64,000 nucleotides of DNA from Bacteroidota bacterium. Its GTDB lineage: Bacteria > Bacteroidota > Bacteroidia > Cytophagales > Microscillaceae. The position numbers and the translations under genes were made by a program. Below, piece by piece: positions 46,051 through 57,500 of the stretch. Each line of letters opens with the position of its first letter. The first letter of the stretch is position 1. The stretch is from the NCBI GenBank assembly GCA_004293265.1, contig RDXZ01000022.1, positions 9,158 through 73,157 on the forward strand. The letters are read 5' to 3'. A model generated the notes under the pieces. It was not told where the DNA came from. It did not search any database and was given only the letters and a program-made list of their open reading frames with translations.

Positions 46051-48474
46051 TTATTCTGTTTTTAGAGAAACTGCAGGATTGATATTTGCCGCTTTAAAAC
46101 TTTCATACGCTACGGTCAAAGTGGCAATGATTATTGTTATCAATAAACCTAAAATAACTACATCAATACCAATGCTAATTCGGTTTGGATAAGATTCTAA
46201 CCAACTTTTCATCAAATACCAAGCAAGCGTTGTCGCAATTACAAAAGCAATGAAAACCATTTTCAAAATTTCTTTCACAAATAAAAGTAAAATACTTGTT
46301 ACGGTTGCTCCATAAGTTTTTCTTACACCAATTTCTTTTGTTTTTTGAGATGCCATAAATTTTATCAAACCATACATTCCCAAACAACCAATGAATATCG
46401 CAATAAAAGAAAATACTCTTACTAAATCTAACATTGTTTTTTCTGTTTGATATTGTTCTGCAACCATATCATCTAAAAAACGTTTTTCAAAGACATATTC
46501 ACTATAATATTCAGTCCATAATTTTTCAATTTGTGCAGTTGTATTTTGAATACTTTTTGAATTGAACTGCACAGCACAACGAAAATATTGAGTTTTTTCT
46601 GAAAAAATAGCCACAGGTTGTATATCTTCTTTGACAGAAGTAGTGTACCAATTTTTCAACACGCCATATACTTTTCTTTTTCTTCCCCAAACTTTTATGT
46701 CTTTTCCTACAATTTCGTTTGGACTTGCCAAGCCTAATTTTTCAACGTATTTTTCATTGACCAAAAAACCACTTGTGGTATCTGCTTGCGGGAAATTTTT
46801 GCCTGCCACTAATTTCAAATCAAATGTTTCGATATAATGACTATCTGCATTTTTTGTGCTTACTGACCATCTTTCGTCCTCTTTTCTGTTATCAAAACTA
46901 TGATTGTTCGTATTTTGCCACCCATCTGTGGGCATAAATCCACACAAAGATGCCCGCTCTACGCCTGCTATTTTTAACAATCGTTGTCTAAAATCTTCTG
47001 TACTATTGATTTTTTCAGGATTTGGAATATTAAAATATAGTTTTCCTTTTATATTATAGCCTACATCAGTATTCATCATATAGGTAAATTGATTGTTCAT
47101 TATCAAAGTACAAATGACTAATAATTGTATCAAAATAAACTGAAAAATAATCAATAATCTTCTCAAAGAAACGCCACCAATTTGTCTTGATGAAATACTG
47201 CCTTTTAAAGCCACAATCGGTCTGAAATTTGCCAAAATCAATGCGGGGTATGTTCCTGCTAAAATATTGACCATAAAAAAAGAAACAATAATCATTGTCC
47301 ACATCATCATATCTGTCCACACTACCTTTGTTTGCCAAAAAGCATTTTCTCCTCCCAACCAATCGTTGATATTAGGCAATATCAAATTTGCCAATCCAAA
47401 ACCTAACAACAAAGCCAAAAAAGTAATGATAGAGGTTTCGGTCATAAATTGAATGAATATTTGTGCTTTTGTTCCTCCAATTGATTTTCTGATGCCTACT
47501 TCTTTTGCGCGTCTTAGTGATTGAGCGGTTGCCATATTGATAAAATTAAAACAAGCCGTAACAATCAAGAAAAAACCAATACCTGCCATTATCCATATCG
47601 CATTTTTAAGAATTGAAACAGAATTAGCATTGTATCTTTCATTAAAACGCATTGTTTTGTAAGGGGCAATATGATAATCATTTTCTTTTGCGCCTTGTTT
47701 ATCTCTGTATTTATTTTTGAGTGCAACAAGTCTTTTTTCGATTGATTTGTTATCTACATTTTTTGGAATTAACAAAAAACAAAAGAAACCTGAACGAACT
47801 CCTCCCCATTCGGTGATAGGAGGTCCACCATATCTATATTTTTTATTCGCTTCTAAGGTTTTGAAAGACATATAATATTCATCTTTCAAATCTGTATTTT
47901 CAGGTAGATTTTTTACAATTCCTACTACTTCCATATCGAGTTGATTGTCATATTTGATAATTCTCCCCATTGGATTTTCGTTTCCAAAATATTTAGTAGC
48001 CAATTTTTCTGTCAATGCAATTGTATTAGGCTTTGATAAACTGCTTATATTTCCTTCTTTCCAAGGGAAATTAAATATTTCAAAAAATTCTTTGTGTACA
48101 AATGAACCTTTTGTTTTATCATCTCTAAATTTTTTCAAAGGCTTTCCATCTTTGCTCATAACTGTATGCAACATACCGAACATAGCCACGTGAGAAGTGT
48201 TTTTAAATTCAGGCATTTCGGTGGTCAATGCACTTGACATTGGTGGAGGCACTGCGTCAGAATGATTGCTTCCATCTCGTTTAAATTCGGTTGTTACTTG
48301 ATAAATTTTATCTAAATTTGGGTGAAAATTATCGTGTGTAGTCTGAAAACGAATAAACCAAAAAATAATCATTCCACAAGCCAAGCCCAAAGCCAAGCCC
48401 AAAACATTCAAGGCTGTATAAGTGCGATTGCGTAACAAATTACGCAACGCCACAATAATATAATTTTTTAACAT
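46051..48474 (-). CDS. ABC transporter permease with duplicated FtsX domains (MacB-type)
   Basis: 807 aa. N-terminal TM, large periplasmic domain, 3-TM FtsX module, and the same unit repeated. Motif GIRKSIGGTKAQI and its repeat GVRKTYGATVTSI. Confidence 0.85.
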   Translation of the reverse strand: MLKNYIIVALRNLLRNRTYTALNVLGLALGLACGMIIFWFIRFQTTHDNFHPNLDKIYQVTTEFKRDGSNHSDAVPPPMSSALTTEMPEFKNTSHVAMFGMLHTVMSKDGKPLKKFRDDKTKGSFVHKEFFEIFNFPWKEGNISSLSKPNTIALTEKLATKYFGNENPMGRIIKYDNQLDMEVVGIVKNLPENTDLKDEYYMSFKTLEANKKYRYGGPPITEWGGVRSGFFCFLLIPKNVDNKSIEKRLVALKNKYRDKQGAKENDYHIAPYKTMRFNERYNANSVSILKNAIWIMAGIGFFLIVTACFNFINMATAQSLRRAKEVGIRKSIGGTKAQIFIQFMTETSIITFLALLLGFGLANLILPNINDWLGGENAFWQTKVVWTDMMMWTMIIVSFFMVNILAGTYPALILANFRPIVALKGSISSRQIGGVSLRRLLIIFQFILIQLLVICTLIMNNQFTYMMNTDVGYNIKGKLYFNIPNPEKINSTEDFRQRLLKIAGVERASLCGFMPTDGWQNTNNHSFDNRKEDERWSVSTKNADSHYIETFDLKLVAGKNFPQADTTSGFLVNEKYVEKLGLASPNEIVGKDIKVWGRKRKVYGVLKNWYTTSVKEDIQPVAIFSEKTQYFRCAVQFNSKSIQNTTAQIEKLWTEYYSEYVFEKRFLDDMVAEQYQTEKTMLDLVRVFSFIAIFIGCLGMYGLIKFMASQKTKEIGVRKTYGATVTSILLLFVKEILKMVFIAFVIATTLAWYLMKSWLESYPNRISIGIDVVILGLLITIIIATLTVAYESFKAANINPAVSLKTE

Positions 48475-48510
48475 TTTTTTGAATTTTTTTCTGATGTTTT
48501 TTGATTTTAA

Positions 48511-49194
48511 TTATATGCCTACACGAGAGTTTTCTGTAACAATTTCACCATCAAACAAATTCACAATTCTGTGGGCAAAACTTGCGTCATATTGTGAGTG
48601 CGTAACCATAATAATTGTTGTGCCTTCGTTGTTGAGTTCTTGCAACAATTGCATTACTTCTTCTCCATTTTTTGAGTCAAGATTTCCTGTTGGTTCATCA
48701 GCCAAAATAATTTTTGGTTTGCTTACCAAAGCCCTTGCGATTGCCACTCTTTGTTGTTGTCCACCTGAAAGTTGTTGTGGAAAATGTTTTTGTCTGTGCA
48801 TCAAATTTAAGCGTATTAACAAATCTTGTACTCTTTTTTTTCTTTCTGAGGCAGATAATTTTAGATACAACAAAGGAAGTTCGATGTTTTCATAGACGTT
48901 GAGTTCATCAATCAAGTTAAAACTTTGAAAAATAAATCCAATTAAACCTTTCCTAAAAGAAGTTCTTTGATTTTCAGACATTTTTGCTACTTCTGTATTG
49001 TCCAGCAAATAACTTCCGCCACTTGGATTATCCAATAGTCCCAAAATACTTAATAAAGACGATTTTCCACAGCCTGATGGTCCCATAATTGCAAGAAACT
49101 CACCTTTTTTAATTTCTAAACTTACGCCATTGACCGCCGTTGTTTCGAGTTCTTCGGTAGTAAATATTTTTTGAATTTTCGTTAATTGAATCAT
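48511..49194 (-). CDS. ABC transporter ATP-binding protein (MacB/LolD-type)
   Basis: Walker A GPSGCGKSS, signature LSGGQQQRVAIARAL, Walker B ILADEPTGNLD. Confidence 0.95.
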   Translation of the reverse strand: MIQLTKIQKIFTTEELETTAVNGVSLEIKKGEFLAIMGPSGCGKSSLLSILGLLDNPSGGSYLLDNTEVAKMSENQRTSFRKGLIGFIFQSFNLIDELNVYENIELPLLYLKLSASERKKRVQDLLIRLNLMHRQKHFPQQLSGGQQQRVAIARALVSKPKIILADEPTGNLDSKNGEEVMQLLQELNNEGTTIIMVTHSQYDASFAHRIVNLFDGEIVTENSRVGI

Positions 49195-49246
49195 AATTTT
49201 ATTTATTTTTAAGGTAGTATGGTTTGAAAACCTTGTTTTTATTTTT

Positions 49247-50497
49247 TTATTTTAATTGTAAAACATCTTTATTTCCAAAAGCACTATAACTGCTTGTAAT
49301 GACTTTATCACCACTTTTTAAGCCTGATAATACTTCATAAAATTCTGCATTTTTTCTACCCAAACTTATATTTCTTTTGGTGGCTTTTGTGCCTGATTCA
49401 TCAAGAACATACACCCAATTTCCACCTGTTTCTGCAAAAAAACCTCCTACGGGCAATAAAATTCCTTTGTTAGATTTTCCCAATTCGAGATAAATTGGCA
49501 ATGTTAATCCACGTTTTAGTTCATCAGGTTTATTTTCTTCAAAGAGCATATCGATTCTAAATCTTCCGTTTTTAATTTCAGGATATACTTTTGAAACATT
49601 TAAAGTATATTTTTTATCGTTGAATGTAGTCGTTCCTTTCAATCCAACAAAAATTCTTGAAACATAATGTTCTTCAATTTCTCCTCTTAATTTAAAACCA
49701 CTGACATCATCAATTTGTGCAATATTTTGTCCTTGTGTAATATTTGCCCCAATTTCTACATCAATAGAAGAAAGCAAACCACTGATAGGTGCTTTGACTG
49801 CCAAATTATCGAGGTTTTCACGCCATACGCCTACATTGCGTTGTGTGCGGTCGAGTGTGCCTTCTAATTGCCCAATTTGAATAATTGAATTTTCTTCTTG
49901 GTATTTTTGAGAAGCGAATTCGATTTCTTTTTGTTTTATTAATTTTTCATAATCTCTTTTTGCTTTCAAATATTCTGCTTCTGAGATGGCTTTTCCATTC
50001 CAAAGTTGTTGATTTCTTTCAAAATTTTCTTTTGCCTGTGCTAATTGAAAATCCAATTCAGAAATATTTTTTTGTAAAGTAAATTTATCGGTTTTTAGTC
50101 TTTGTCTTGTATTTTGTAAATCATTTACCAAACGATTAGCCTCAGTTTCTGATTGTAAAAAACTCAATTTCAAACTTTGATTTTCTAACACCAATAAAAC
50201 ATCACCTTGTTTGACCATATCGCCTCCTTCTACCATTTTTTTGGTAACATATCCGCCCACAATTGCATCAAGGCGTATCGTTTTGAGTGGTTGCGCAACG
50301 CATTGCACCACAATATACTCATCAAAAACTCCCTCTTTTACAGTAGTGATATTTATTTTTTCTTTTTCGATGTTCAATTTACTTCTTGAATCAGTAAGAA
50401 TAAATGAATAAGAAAAAAAAGCAACAGCAATTATTGAGAATCCCCACGTAATTATTCTTTTTTGTGTCCAATATTTTTTAGGTCTAATTGTATCCAT
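49247..50497 (-). CDS. HlyD-family periplasmic adaptor (MacA-like)
   Basis: N-terminal TM, lipoyl-like GDMVKQGDVLLVLEN, long coiled-coil hairpin, beta-barrel C-terminus. ATG at 50497 preferred. Confidence 0.85.
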   Translation of the reverse strand: MDTIRPKKYWTQKRIITWGFSIIAVAFFSYSFILTDSRSKLNIEKEKINITTVKEGVFDEYIVVQCVAQPLKTIRLDAIVGGYVTKKMVEGGDMVKQGDVLLVLENQSLKLSFLQSETEANRLVNDLQNTRQRLKTDKFTLQKNISELDFQLAQAKENFERNQQLWNGKAISEAEYLKAKRDYEKLIKQKEIEFASQKYQEENSIIQIGQLEGTLDRTQRNVGVWRENLDNLAVKAPISGLLSSIDVEIGANITQGQNIAQIDDVSGFKLRGEIEEHYVSRIFVGLKGTTTFNDKKYTLNVSKVYPEIKNGRFRIDMLFEENKPDELKRGLTLPIYLELGKSNKGILLPVGGFFAETGGNWVYVLDESGTKATKRNISLGRKNAEFYEVLSGLKSGDKVITSSYSAFGNKDVLQLK

Positions 50498-51172
50498 TTT
50501 TTTATGATTAGTTTTTTCTATACATCTTATTTTTCTAAAATATACCAAAATAATTTATTGACTATCAATATATTATCAAAATTAAAATAAGTGTATATTT
50601 ATTTAAGTATTTTAAAAAAAAAGTAAAACCATTGCAAGTGTAAGCAAAGCAATAGGTATGATTTTTATTAATAGAAGTTTTTAGATTTTGTTTATTTAAA
50701 GAAATAAATTTTTTGTTCTAACACATTTTTTATTTTATTTTTGGAATTATTTTTTACTCACAAAAATATGTATTTTTTTGAATAAAACAAAATTTATCAA
50801 AAATAAAATCTTTATCAACGTGAGTTCGGGATAATTTTTGGTTATAATCAATTGATTTTCAATTATTTGTAAATGAATATTATTTTCATTAAAATATTTT
50901 AATTGATGATTTTTGAAATATAGTCATATATCTATAAACTATGATACAGACTATTATTTCAAATTAAAAAATTACATGTTTTTTTGAACTATTGTTAAAA
51001 ATATTTTTACTTTTTTTAGAAAAATATATAAAAAAGAATAACACAAGGATTTTCTTTACAAATATATTGATTTTGATAGATGAATACTATTTTTATTGAG
51101 ATTTGAAGCATATACAAGAAGTTAAAATAAGTTAATTTTATGTTAATTAACATAAAAAATTTGGATTTGTCG

Positions 51173-51197
51173 TTTGCTTTGCTTTGCTTTGCTTTGC
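51173..51197 (+). repeat. pentanucleotide microsatellite (TTTGC)x5
   Basis: Five perfect tandem units, about 80 nt upstream of the ATG at 51276. Confidence 0.9.
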
Positions 51198-51275
51198 AGT
51201 ACTAAATTATAAGTCGACAATATTTTGGTGTATTTTAATTATCTTTTTTTTAAATTTACAACTTTTTTTAAAATT

Positions 51276-51647
51276 ATGAAGTTTATTTTTTTGTTATCTG
51301 TATCTTTATTATTGACTTTTAGTACATTAAAAGCTCATACTATTAGTAATTTTTCTCAAAATAAAATATCTTTTTCTGGGTGTGAATACACGGTAAAGTC
51401 GTGGAGTATTACGTTTGGGCAAAATTCAAAAGGAAAATATATGAAAGTAAAATGGGAGATTGAGTATGATTGTACTAGTAATGGTTGGGGAAAAGGCGAA
51501 ACTAGTGGTACTGCAACATGGTATTATAGAAATGGACAAACAGTTGGTAATATAATTCCTGACGAAGGTACAAAAATTGATCAACCAACTCTTGATATAA
51601 TAACAGAATTGGTTAATAAAGAGTTATTAGACTCTGAGAATAAATAA
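51276..51647 (+). CDS. small secreted protein, unknown function
   Basis: Signal peptide MKFIFLLSVSLLLTFSTLKAH. 123 aa. ATG preferred over the upstream TTG at 51225. Confidence 0.55.
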   Translation: MKFIFLLSVSLLLTFSTLKAHTISNFSQNKISFSGCEYTVKSWSITFGQNSKGKYMKVKWEIEYDCTSNGWGKGETSGTATWYYRNGQTVGNIIPDEGTKIDQPTLDIITELVNKELLDSENK

Positions 51648-51728
51648 TTTTATCTTATTTTTTACAAATATCTTGTACATAATTTCGATTTGTACAAGAT
51701 ATTTGATCATATTTTAATTTAATATTCT

Positions 51729-52457
51729 ATGAAAAATATCATTTTATTTTCTCTCTTATTTTCTTGTAGTACATATAGTTTTATATGTTTATTTTTTGAA
51801 AATAAAAACATTGTATATTCTCCACAAATAAGCCTTGAAAAGGGGGAAGGAATTATCAAATATAAATTATATCACGGAGAATCTCGCCACAAAAATTTAG
51901 AATTAAACGCTAATTTATCAATAAAAGCACGTTTTTATACTTTTAAAAAAGGAAAATTACTTTGTGAATCTTTGGAAAAAGAAAAAAGTGTTTACGGATT
52001 TTATGATTATATTAAGAAAAAATCATTGCCTAATTGTTTAAAAGAAACTTGCAAGATTTTTAATATTGGTGATACTGATGGACGACAATATACTATTAAA
52101 AAACTAAAAAATGAAAATGTAAATGGATATGATTGCGAGAAATTTGAAATAACAAGTCCCCATCCTACAGGAAAGAATATCGAAACACAATATATCTGGG
52201 TAACCAAAGCATTTAACAAAAAATCGTATTATTTACCTATTCAAGAGAAAATTTTTGATGATTTGGGGATGTTAGTTTTTAATCCTCAAATAAAGGGATT
52301 TCCTATCAAAATTGAAACACCAATGTATATGCCTCAAGCCTCCTTATTCATGAATCCTTCAGATATGCTTACGGTTGTTTATGAATTTGAATCATTTGAA
52401 GAAAAAAAAATAAATGATAGCATTTTTGACAAAGTTATTAGCAGAATAAATAAATAA
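51729..52457 (+). CDS. secreted/lipoprotein of unknown function
   Basis: N-terminal hydrophobic signal with Cys (LLFSCSTYS). 242-aa non-repetitive sequence. Confidence 0.55.
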   Translation: MKNIILFSLLFSCSTYSFICLFFENKNIVYSPQISLEKGEGIIKYKLYHGESRHKNLELNANLSIKARFYTFKKGKLLCESLEKEKSVYGFYDYIKKKSLPNCLKETCKIFNIGDTDGRQYTIKKLKNENVNGYDCEKFEITSPHPTGKNIETQYIWVTKAFNKKSYYLPIQEKIFDDLGMLVFNPQIKGFPIKIETPMYMPQASLFMNPSDMLTVVYEFESFEEKKINDSIFDKVISRINK

Positions 52458-52509
52458 AATTAAAACCTACATTCAATCTAAAAAAATGAATGGAGGTTTT
52501 TTATTCCCT

Positions 52510-54198
52510 CTAAAAATCATAATTTCTACCCACAATATTCCATCTAATCGCCAAAGAAGTGATAAGACTTTCGCGATTTTCAGTGCTTACTTTTCTATAT
52601 ATTTGTTTAAAATCTAAAAATAAATTGTGTTTAAATTGATAAGAAGCCGTAAAATCAATGAATAAAAGTTTTGTATTGATGCCTTGCCCTACTTTATTGT
52701 TGTATTCTTGGACAAAATTTGAGTTGTTTAAGAAAATATTTCCGCCCCAATTTTTATTTATTTCATCTGCACCATAATCAACATAAAAAGTTTTGGCTGT
52801 AATTTGTAGTTTTTTCAGCGGTTGATAACGCAAAATACCAATCAATTCTTGAAAATTTGCACCCAAAGGATGCGCCAAAGGTTGTCTATAATTGCTGTAT
52901 TCGTTGTATAAATTATTGTGTGAATACATATAAGGACGTACATAATTGAACTCTGCTTGCACATCTAAATTTCTAATTCCAAAAATATCGATGTATTTTA
53001 AGCCTGTTTGAAAGCCTTGTTTATTGCCTCTCCAACCTGTTCGATTTCTAAGTTGTGATAATACAAATTCATCAATAAAAATTTGACCATACCAAGAAAA
53101 TCGTTTTAAAAAGTTCCATTTCCAATCAATACCAAGATTGGCATTGTCAGGGCTTCCTGCTTGTTGTTCGATAGAGCGATAAAAAATAATAGGATTGAGA
53201 TAACGCAAATCATAGCCTCCGCTTTGTTTTGTAAGTGTGTCATATCGATTAAAAATGATATTTTCAAAGAAACCAATATTAAAATTTTTAGAAATATTCC
53301 AACTTAGATAGTGCATTGCCATAAATTTTTGTGGGTATCTTCCATCAGCATTGAGTACGTCTGCGGTCATTTGTGCAAAAATATTTTGATAATGTAATCT
53401 TTTTGCAACTTTTGTATTGATTTTTAGGAATAAATAATTGCTTGAAAAATCAGACAAAATCAAAGAACGATAACCATTTCCAATAAAATTTTTATCATAT
53501 CCAAATTGAAAATTCATTACATTTTTGATGGCATCAAAAGTAATATAACCTCTTGCAGTGAGAAAATCAACATTATTTTTTCCGATAGGTCTTTTGTAAT
53601 ATCCTTCGTTGGGCAGTGCATTGTTGAAAGTGATATAATTGGTGATATATGAAGGAAAAAGTGCTTGATTATCAGTAAAATAAGTATAAAAACCAATTTT
53701 ATTGCCAATAATTCCTCTCATTTCTAAACCTCTCGAATTAAGAAAAAGCCTTTCATTGTTATTATTTTCAATTCCTCCACCTAAAAATAAGACAGGATTG
53801 AGATGAAAATCAAAAGTACTATCTTTATAATGATAAAAGTCTGATTTTTTTTTATAAATTTGTTTGTATAATGGTTTTTCACTATCTGATTTGAAAGTAG
53901 AATCAGTCCATTCAAAATTATCTTGTTGTAAAAAATTGAGGTTAAATTGGTCGATATTCGAAAGATTGAGGTTTAAATTTTTTTGTAATGTATCTGCTAA
54001 ATTTGCAATGTCTTTTCTTCGAAAAGGTTTTAGTTGTGTGTGAATATTTTGATAAATTTTTCCTGATTTTATTTCATATCTATCTATCAAATGCTCATAA
54101 TCTTTGTTGAGTGGTGCGTAAACCGATTGTGCATAAGAATAAGAAACAAAAACAGATAAAAAAATAGTAAAAAAGTAATTTTTAGATAATAATTTCAT
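52510..54198 (-). CDS. outer-membrane beta-barrel protein (possibly Wzi/capsule-assembly-like)
   Basis: Signal peptide ending YAQ. N-terminal YEHLIDRYEI motif. Alternating aromatic beta-strand pattern ending in aromatic ...NYDF. Confidence 0.5.
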   Translation of the reverse strand: MKLLSKNYFFTIFLSVFVSYSYAQSVYAPLNKDYEHLIDRYEIKSGKIYQNIHTQLKPFRRKDIANLADTLQKNLNLNLSNIDQFNLNFLQQDNFEWTDSTFKSDSEKPLYKQIYKKKSDFYHYKDSTFDFHLNPVLFLGGGIENNNNERLFLNSRGLEMRGIIGNKIGFYTYFTDNQALFPSYITNYITFNNALPNEGYYKRPIGKNNVDFLTARGYITFDAIKNVMNFQFGYDKNFIGNGYRSLILSDFSSNYLFLKINTKVAKRLHYQNIFAQMTADVLNADGRYPQKFMAMHYLSWNISKNFNIGFFENIIFNRYDTLTKQSGGYDLRYLNPIIFYRSIEQQAGSPDNANLGIDWKWNFLKRFSWYGQIFIDEFVLSQLRNRTGWRGNKQGFQTGLKYIDIFGIRNLDVQAEFNYVRPYMYSHNNLYNEYSNYRQPLAHPLGANFQELIGILRYQPLKKLQITAKTFYVDYGADEINKNWGGNIFLNNSNFVQEYNNKVGQGINTKLLFIDFTASYQFKHNLFLDFKQIYRKVSTENRESLITSLAIRWNIVGRNYDF

Positions 54199-54539
54199 AT
54201 ATTTGAAGTTCAAAAGATTGTTTTTAAATTGAATATTTTACAAAAGTAGAGATTATTTTATGAAAATCAAAATGTAATAAAAGTAAATTTGAAGATAAAT
54301 ATTGAAAAAATGACTGAGAAATCTTACATTTATCTAAAAAAAGTAAATTTTTATCGAAAAAAGTGGTTTTGAAGTGTATAATATTTTTTTTATTGAAAAA
54401 AAATATCATACCTTTGCGAATTAAATATTTTAATTGCTAACTTTGTAACTAAAATTATTAATTTTGTAAATATTTTACTACTTACTTATTCATTTTAAAA
54501 TAGCAAAAAATAAAAAATCACAATACGTATTTTAATTAT

Positions 54540-57500
54540 ATGCGACAACTTTACCTAAAACTAACTTTAATTTTTTTGATTATGTTTGCGGGTGTCAGTG
54601 TAATGCTGAAAGCCCAACCCACTCAATTAGATTTTAGTGCTATCATCAACCAAAATGGTTGTGGTACTGCTCAGTATAAGTTTGATATTACCACGCTCAA
54701 AGATGCGCTTGGTAATGATTTACTTTATGCCAATTATTTTTATTACTGGGATTATGGTAATTTGACCAATAGTGGTTCACCTGCTAATAATACGCTTTTT
54801 TCAAATCAATTACGAAGTTATGTTTCGCCCGGTAATTATACGGTTACTTTGTATGTATATGCTTCAGCAGTGGCAGTGCCTACGGCATCTCCTTTGCCTT
54901 TAATAGTCAAAAGTAAAGTAATTACAGTCTATACCGATCCTGCCCCTGATTTTTTTGCTAATGTGGTAGATGTTTGTTTGGGTGACCCAATTACTGTAAC
55001 AGACCCTGTTAATTATAGTACACAACCTTTTGTAGGACCGGTTTTGAGTAGAAGATGGAATTTTGGGAATGGTAATTTATTTGATGTAACAAATCCTGCC
55101 ACTAACACATTTACTTATACATATCCAAATGTAGGTGATTATCAAATTACATTGACAACAAGAACATCAGGTGGAAGACCTGGTGAGGAATGTACAGCAA
55201 ATAGGATTCGACCTGCTTATATACGTGTAAGACATCGACCTGTGGCTTCTTTCTCAATTAGTAGTGTTCCTCCTGCGTGTGTTTTGCCTTATGCACCTAT
55301 TTTAACCAACACAAGTACGATTGCTTCTTCGCCTGCTCCTGCGGGTGCCATAACTTCTTATACTTGGCGTTTTTATAATGGACCGAGTAGTGCTTCTCCA
55401 GAATTGCCTTTTTCACCAATAGTAACTACGAGTGCAACCGCACCTATTTTACCTGCCAATGCTTATAATGCTGCGGGTACTTATGCAGTTACATTGCAAG
55501 CATTGTCTTCTACGGGTTGTACGAGTGCGATTACAGCCACACAAGTATTTACGATTTTTCCACCTACAGTGGCAGATTTTAATGTACCTTCTACAACAAC
55601 AATTTGTACGGGTACAAATGTTACTTTTAATGATAATTCTACTTCGGGTGCGGCAAGTTATGCTTGGAGTTTTGCGGGGGCGGCATCACCAACAAGTTCT
55701 ACTGCACAAAATCCTGTGATTACATATACAGCATCAGGAACTTATAACACAACATTGACTGTTACTTATCCTAATGGTTGTGTGCGTACAATTACAAAGC
55801 CTTATACTGTAACTGTCAATCCTGCGCCTAATGCAAATTTTACAAATGCACCTAATAATGGATTTTGTCAAGTGCCAAAGACAGTAACATTTACACCTTT
55901 ACAGGCAAATAATCCTAACTATACTTATACTTGGAATTTTGGACAGCCAATAGGGCCTGGTTTGACAGGACCTATTGCTTTAGGTTATACAGGTGTGAGT
56001 ACTTATACACAATTTGGTAGTTATAATGTGAGTTTGACAGTAAAAGATAATATTACAGGTTGTGAAACAATAGTAACAAGAGTGCTTACTTTGCAAGAGC
56101 CTGTTTTATCTATTGCCCCAAGAAATCCTGTAACTGGTTGCGCTCCATTGAATGTTATTTTTGATGTATCTATGAATGCAATAGAATCTATTGCATCTTA
56201 TCAAATAGATTATGAAGGCAATGGTACATTTACTGCACCTATTGTTCCTACTCATAATCCACCTACCCCTTTTACGTTGGTTAGTAATTATACTTATACA
56301 ACAAGAGGTACATTTATTCCTAAAATAAGAATCACTACTACTAATGGTTGTACCATACAAGTAAATTCTCTTACTCCTATTAATGTTGGGATACCACCAG
56401 TAATTACAAGTATAACAAGAACAGGTGGTTCGGGAGGAAATTGTCAAGGTGGAACAGGATTTGTATATACTCCAGTTTTTCAAGCGGGTACATCTGCTAA
56501 TACAATATTAGTATCTTATGGTGGCGCACCTGCGATTCCATATATACCCGGTACTCCATTTCCGTTTCAAACCAATGGAAGTCAAACTATTACTTATACT
56601 GCTTCTGACAATGGTTGTTTAGCCGCTCCTATTTCGTTTAGTGGTGCAGGTATAGGTGGACAAATTGAAGACCCATTTCCTTCTATTACTGTGAATGGCG
56701 GTGTGCCTAATATTTGTAGTGGTGGTTCGACAAATACATTCTCTGTCAATATTAGTGCATCTGTTCCATCTCCAAATGGAACAACTAATTATATAGTAGA
56801 TTTTGCAGGAACACAATATTCGAGTTTAACTCCTACTGCTCCTAATAATCCATTTGACCCTGCGAATGTTCAACATACATTTACATCGCCGGGTACTTAC
56901 ACAATTACTGTAATTGCCAATAATCCATCAAGTGGTTGTAGTGCTTCAAGCAGCGTCCAAGTAACAGTAATACAGGCATCAGGTTTTGTGGTTGATTTTA
57001 ATGTTACAACGCCTACGCCTACTTGTGCATTCAATCCTATTACTTTTGATGCAAGTGCAAGTACTTCATCTGCGCCAGGGGTTACAATAACTAATTATCA
57101 ATGGAACTTTGGAGATGGTAGCCCAATTTTTATTACCAATAATCCTGTAACTAATCATACTTATGTTCCATCTGCTACTCCTTACACAGCAGGTTTAACA
57201 GTTTTATTCAGTAATGGTTGTACCAAAACATATACAGGCGTTCCTAAAACGGTCAATATACAAGGACCTATTCCTGTTATCGCCGTAAGCCCAACGATTA
57301 ATGGTTGTGTGGGTGATACTAAAAACTTTGCAGGAAGTTTATCAGGTATTTTCCCTAATACAAATAGTGTAGCAAACCCAAGTGGTTGGACATGGAATTT
57401 TGGAGATGTGGGTAGTGTGGGTAATATTGTGAATGGACAAAATTCATCACATACTTTTGTAAATCCGGGTACTTATACAGTTACATTGACCGTAAGAGAT

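Noticed and set aside
48479-48902. Plus-strand ORFs of 138 and 62 aa
   Set aside because: They are antisense to the unambiguous ABC ATPase gene (Walker A, signature and Walker B all present on the minus strand).
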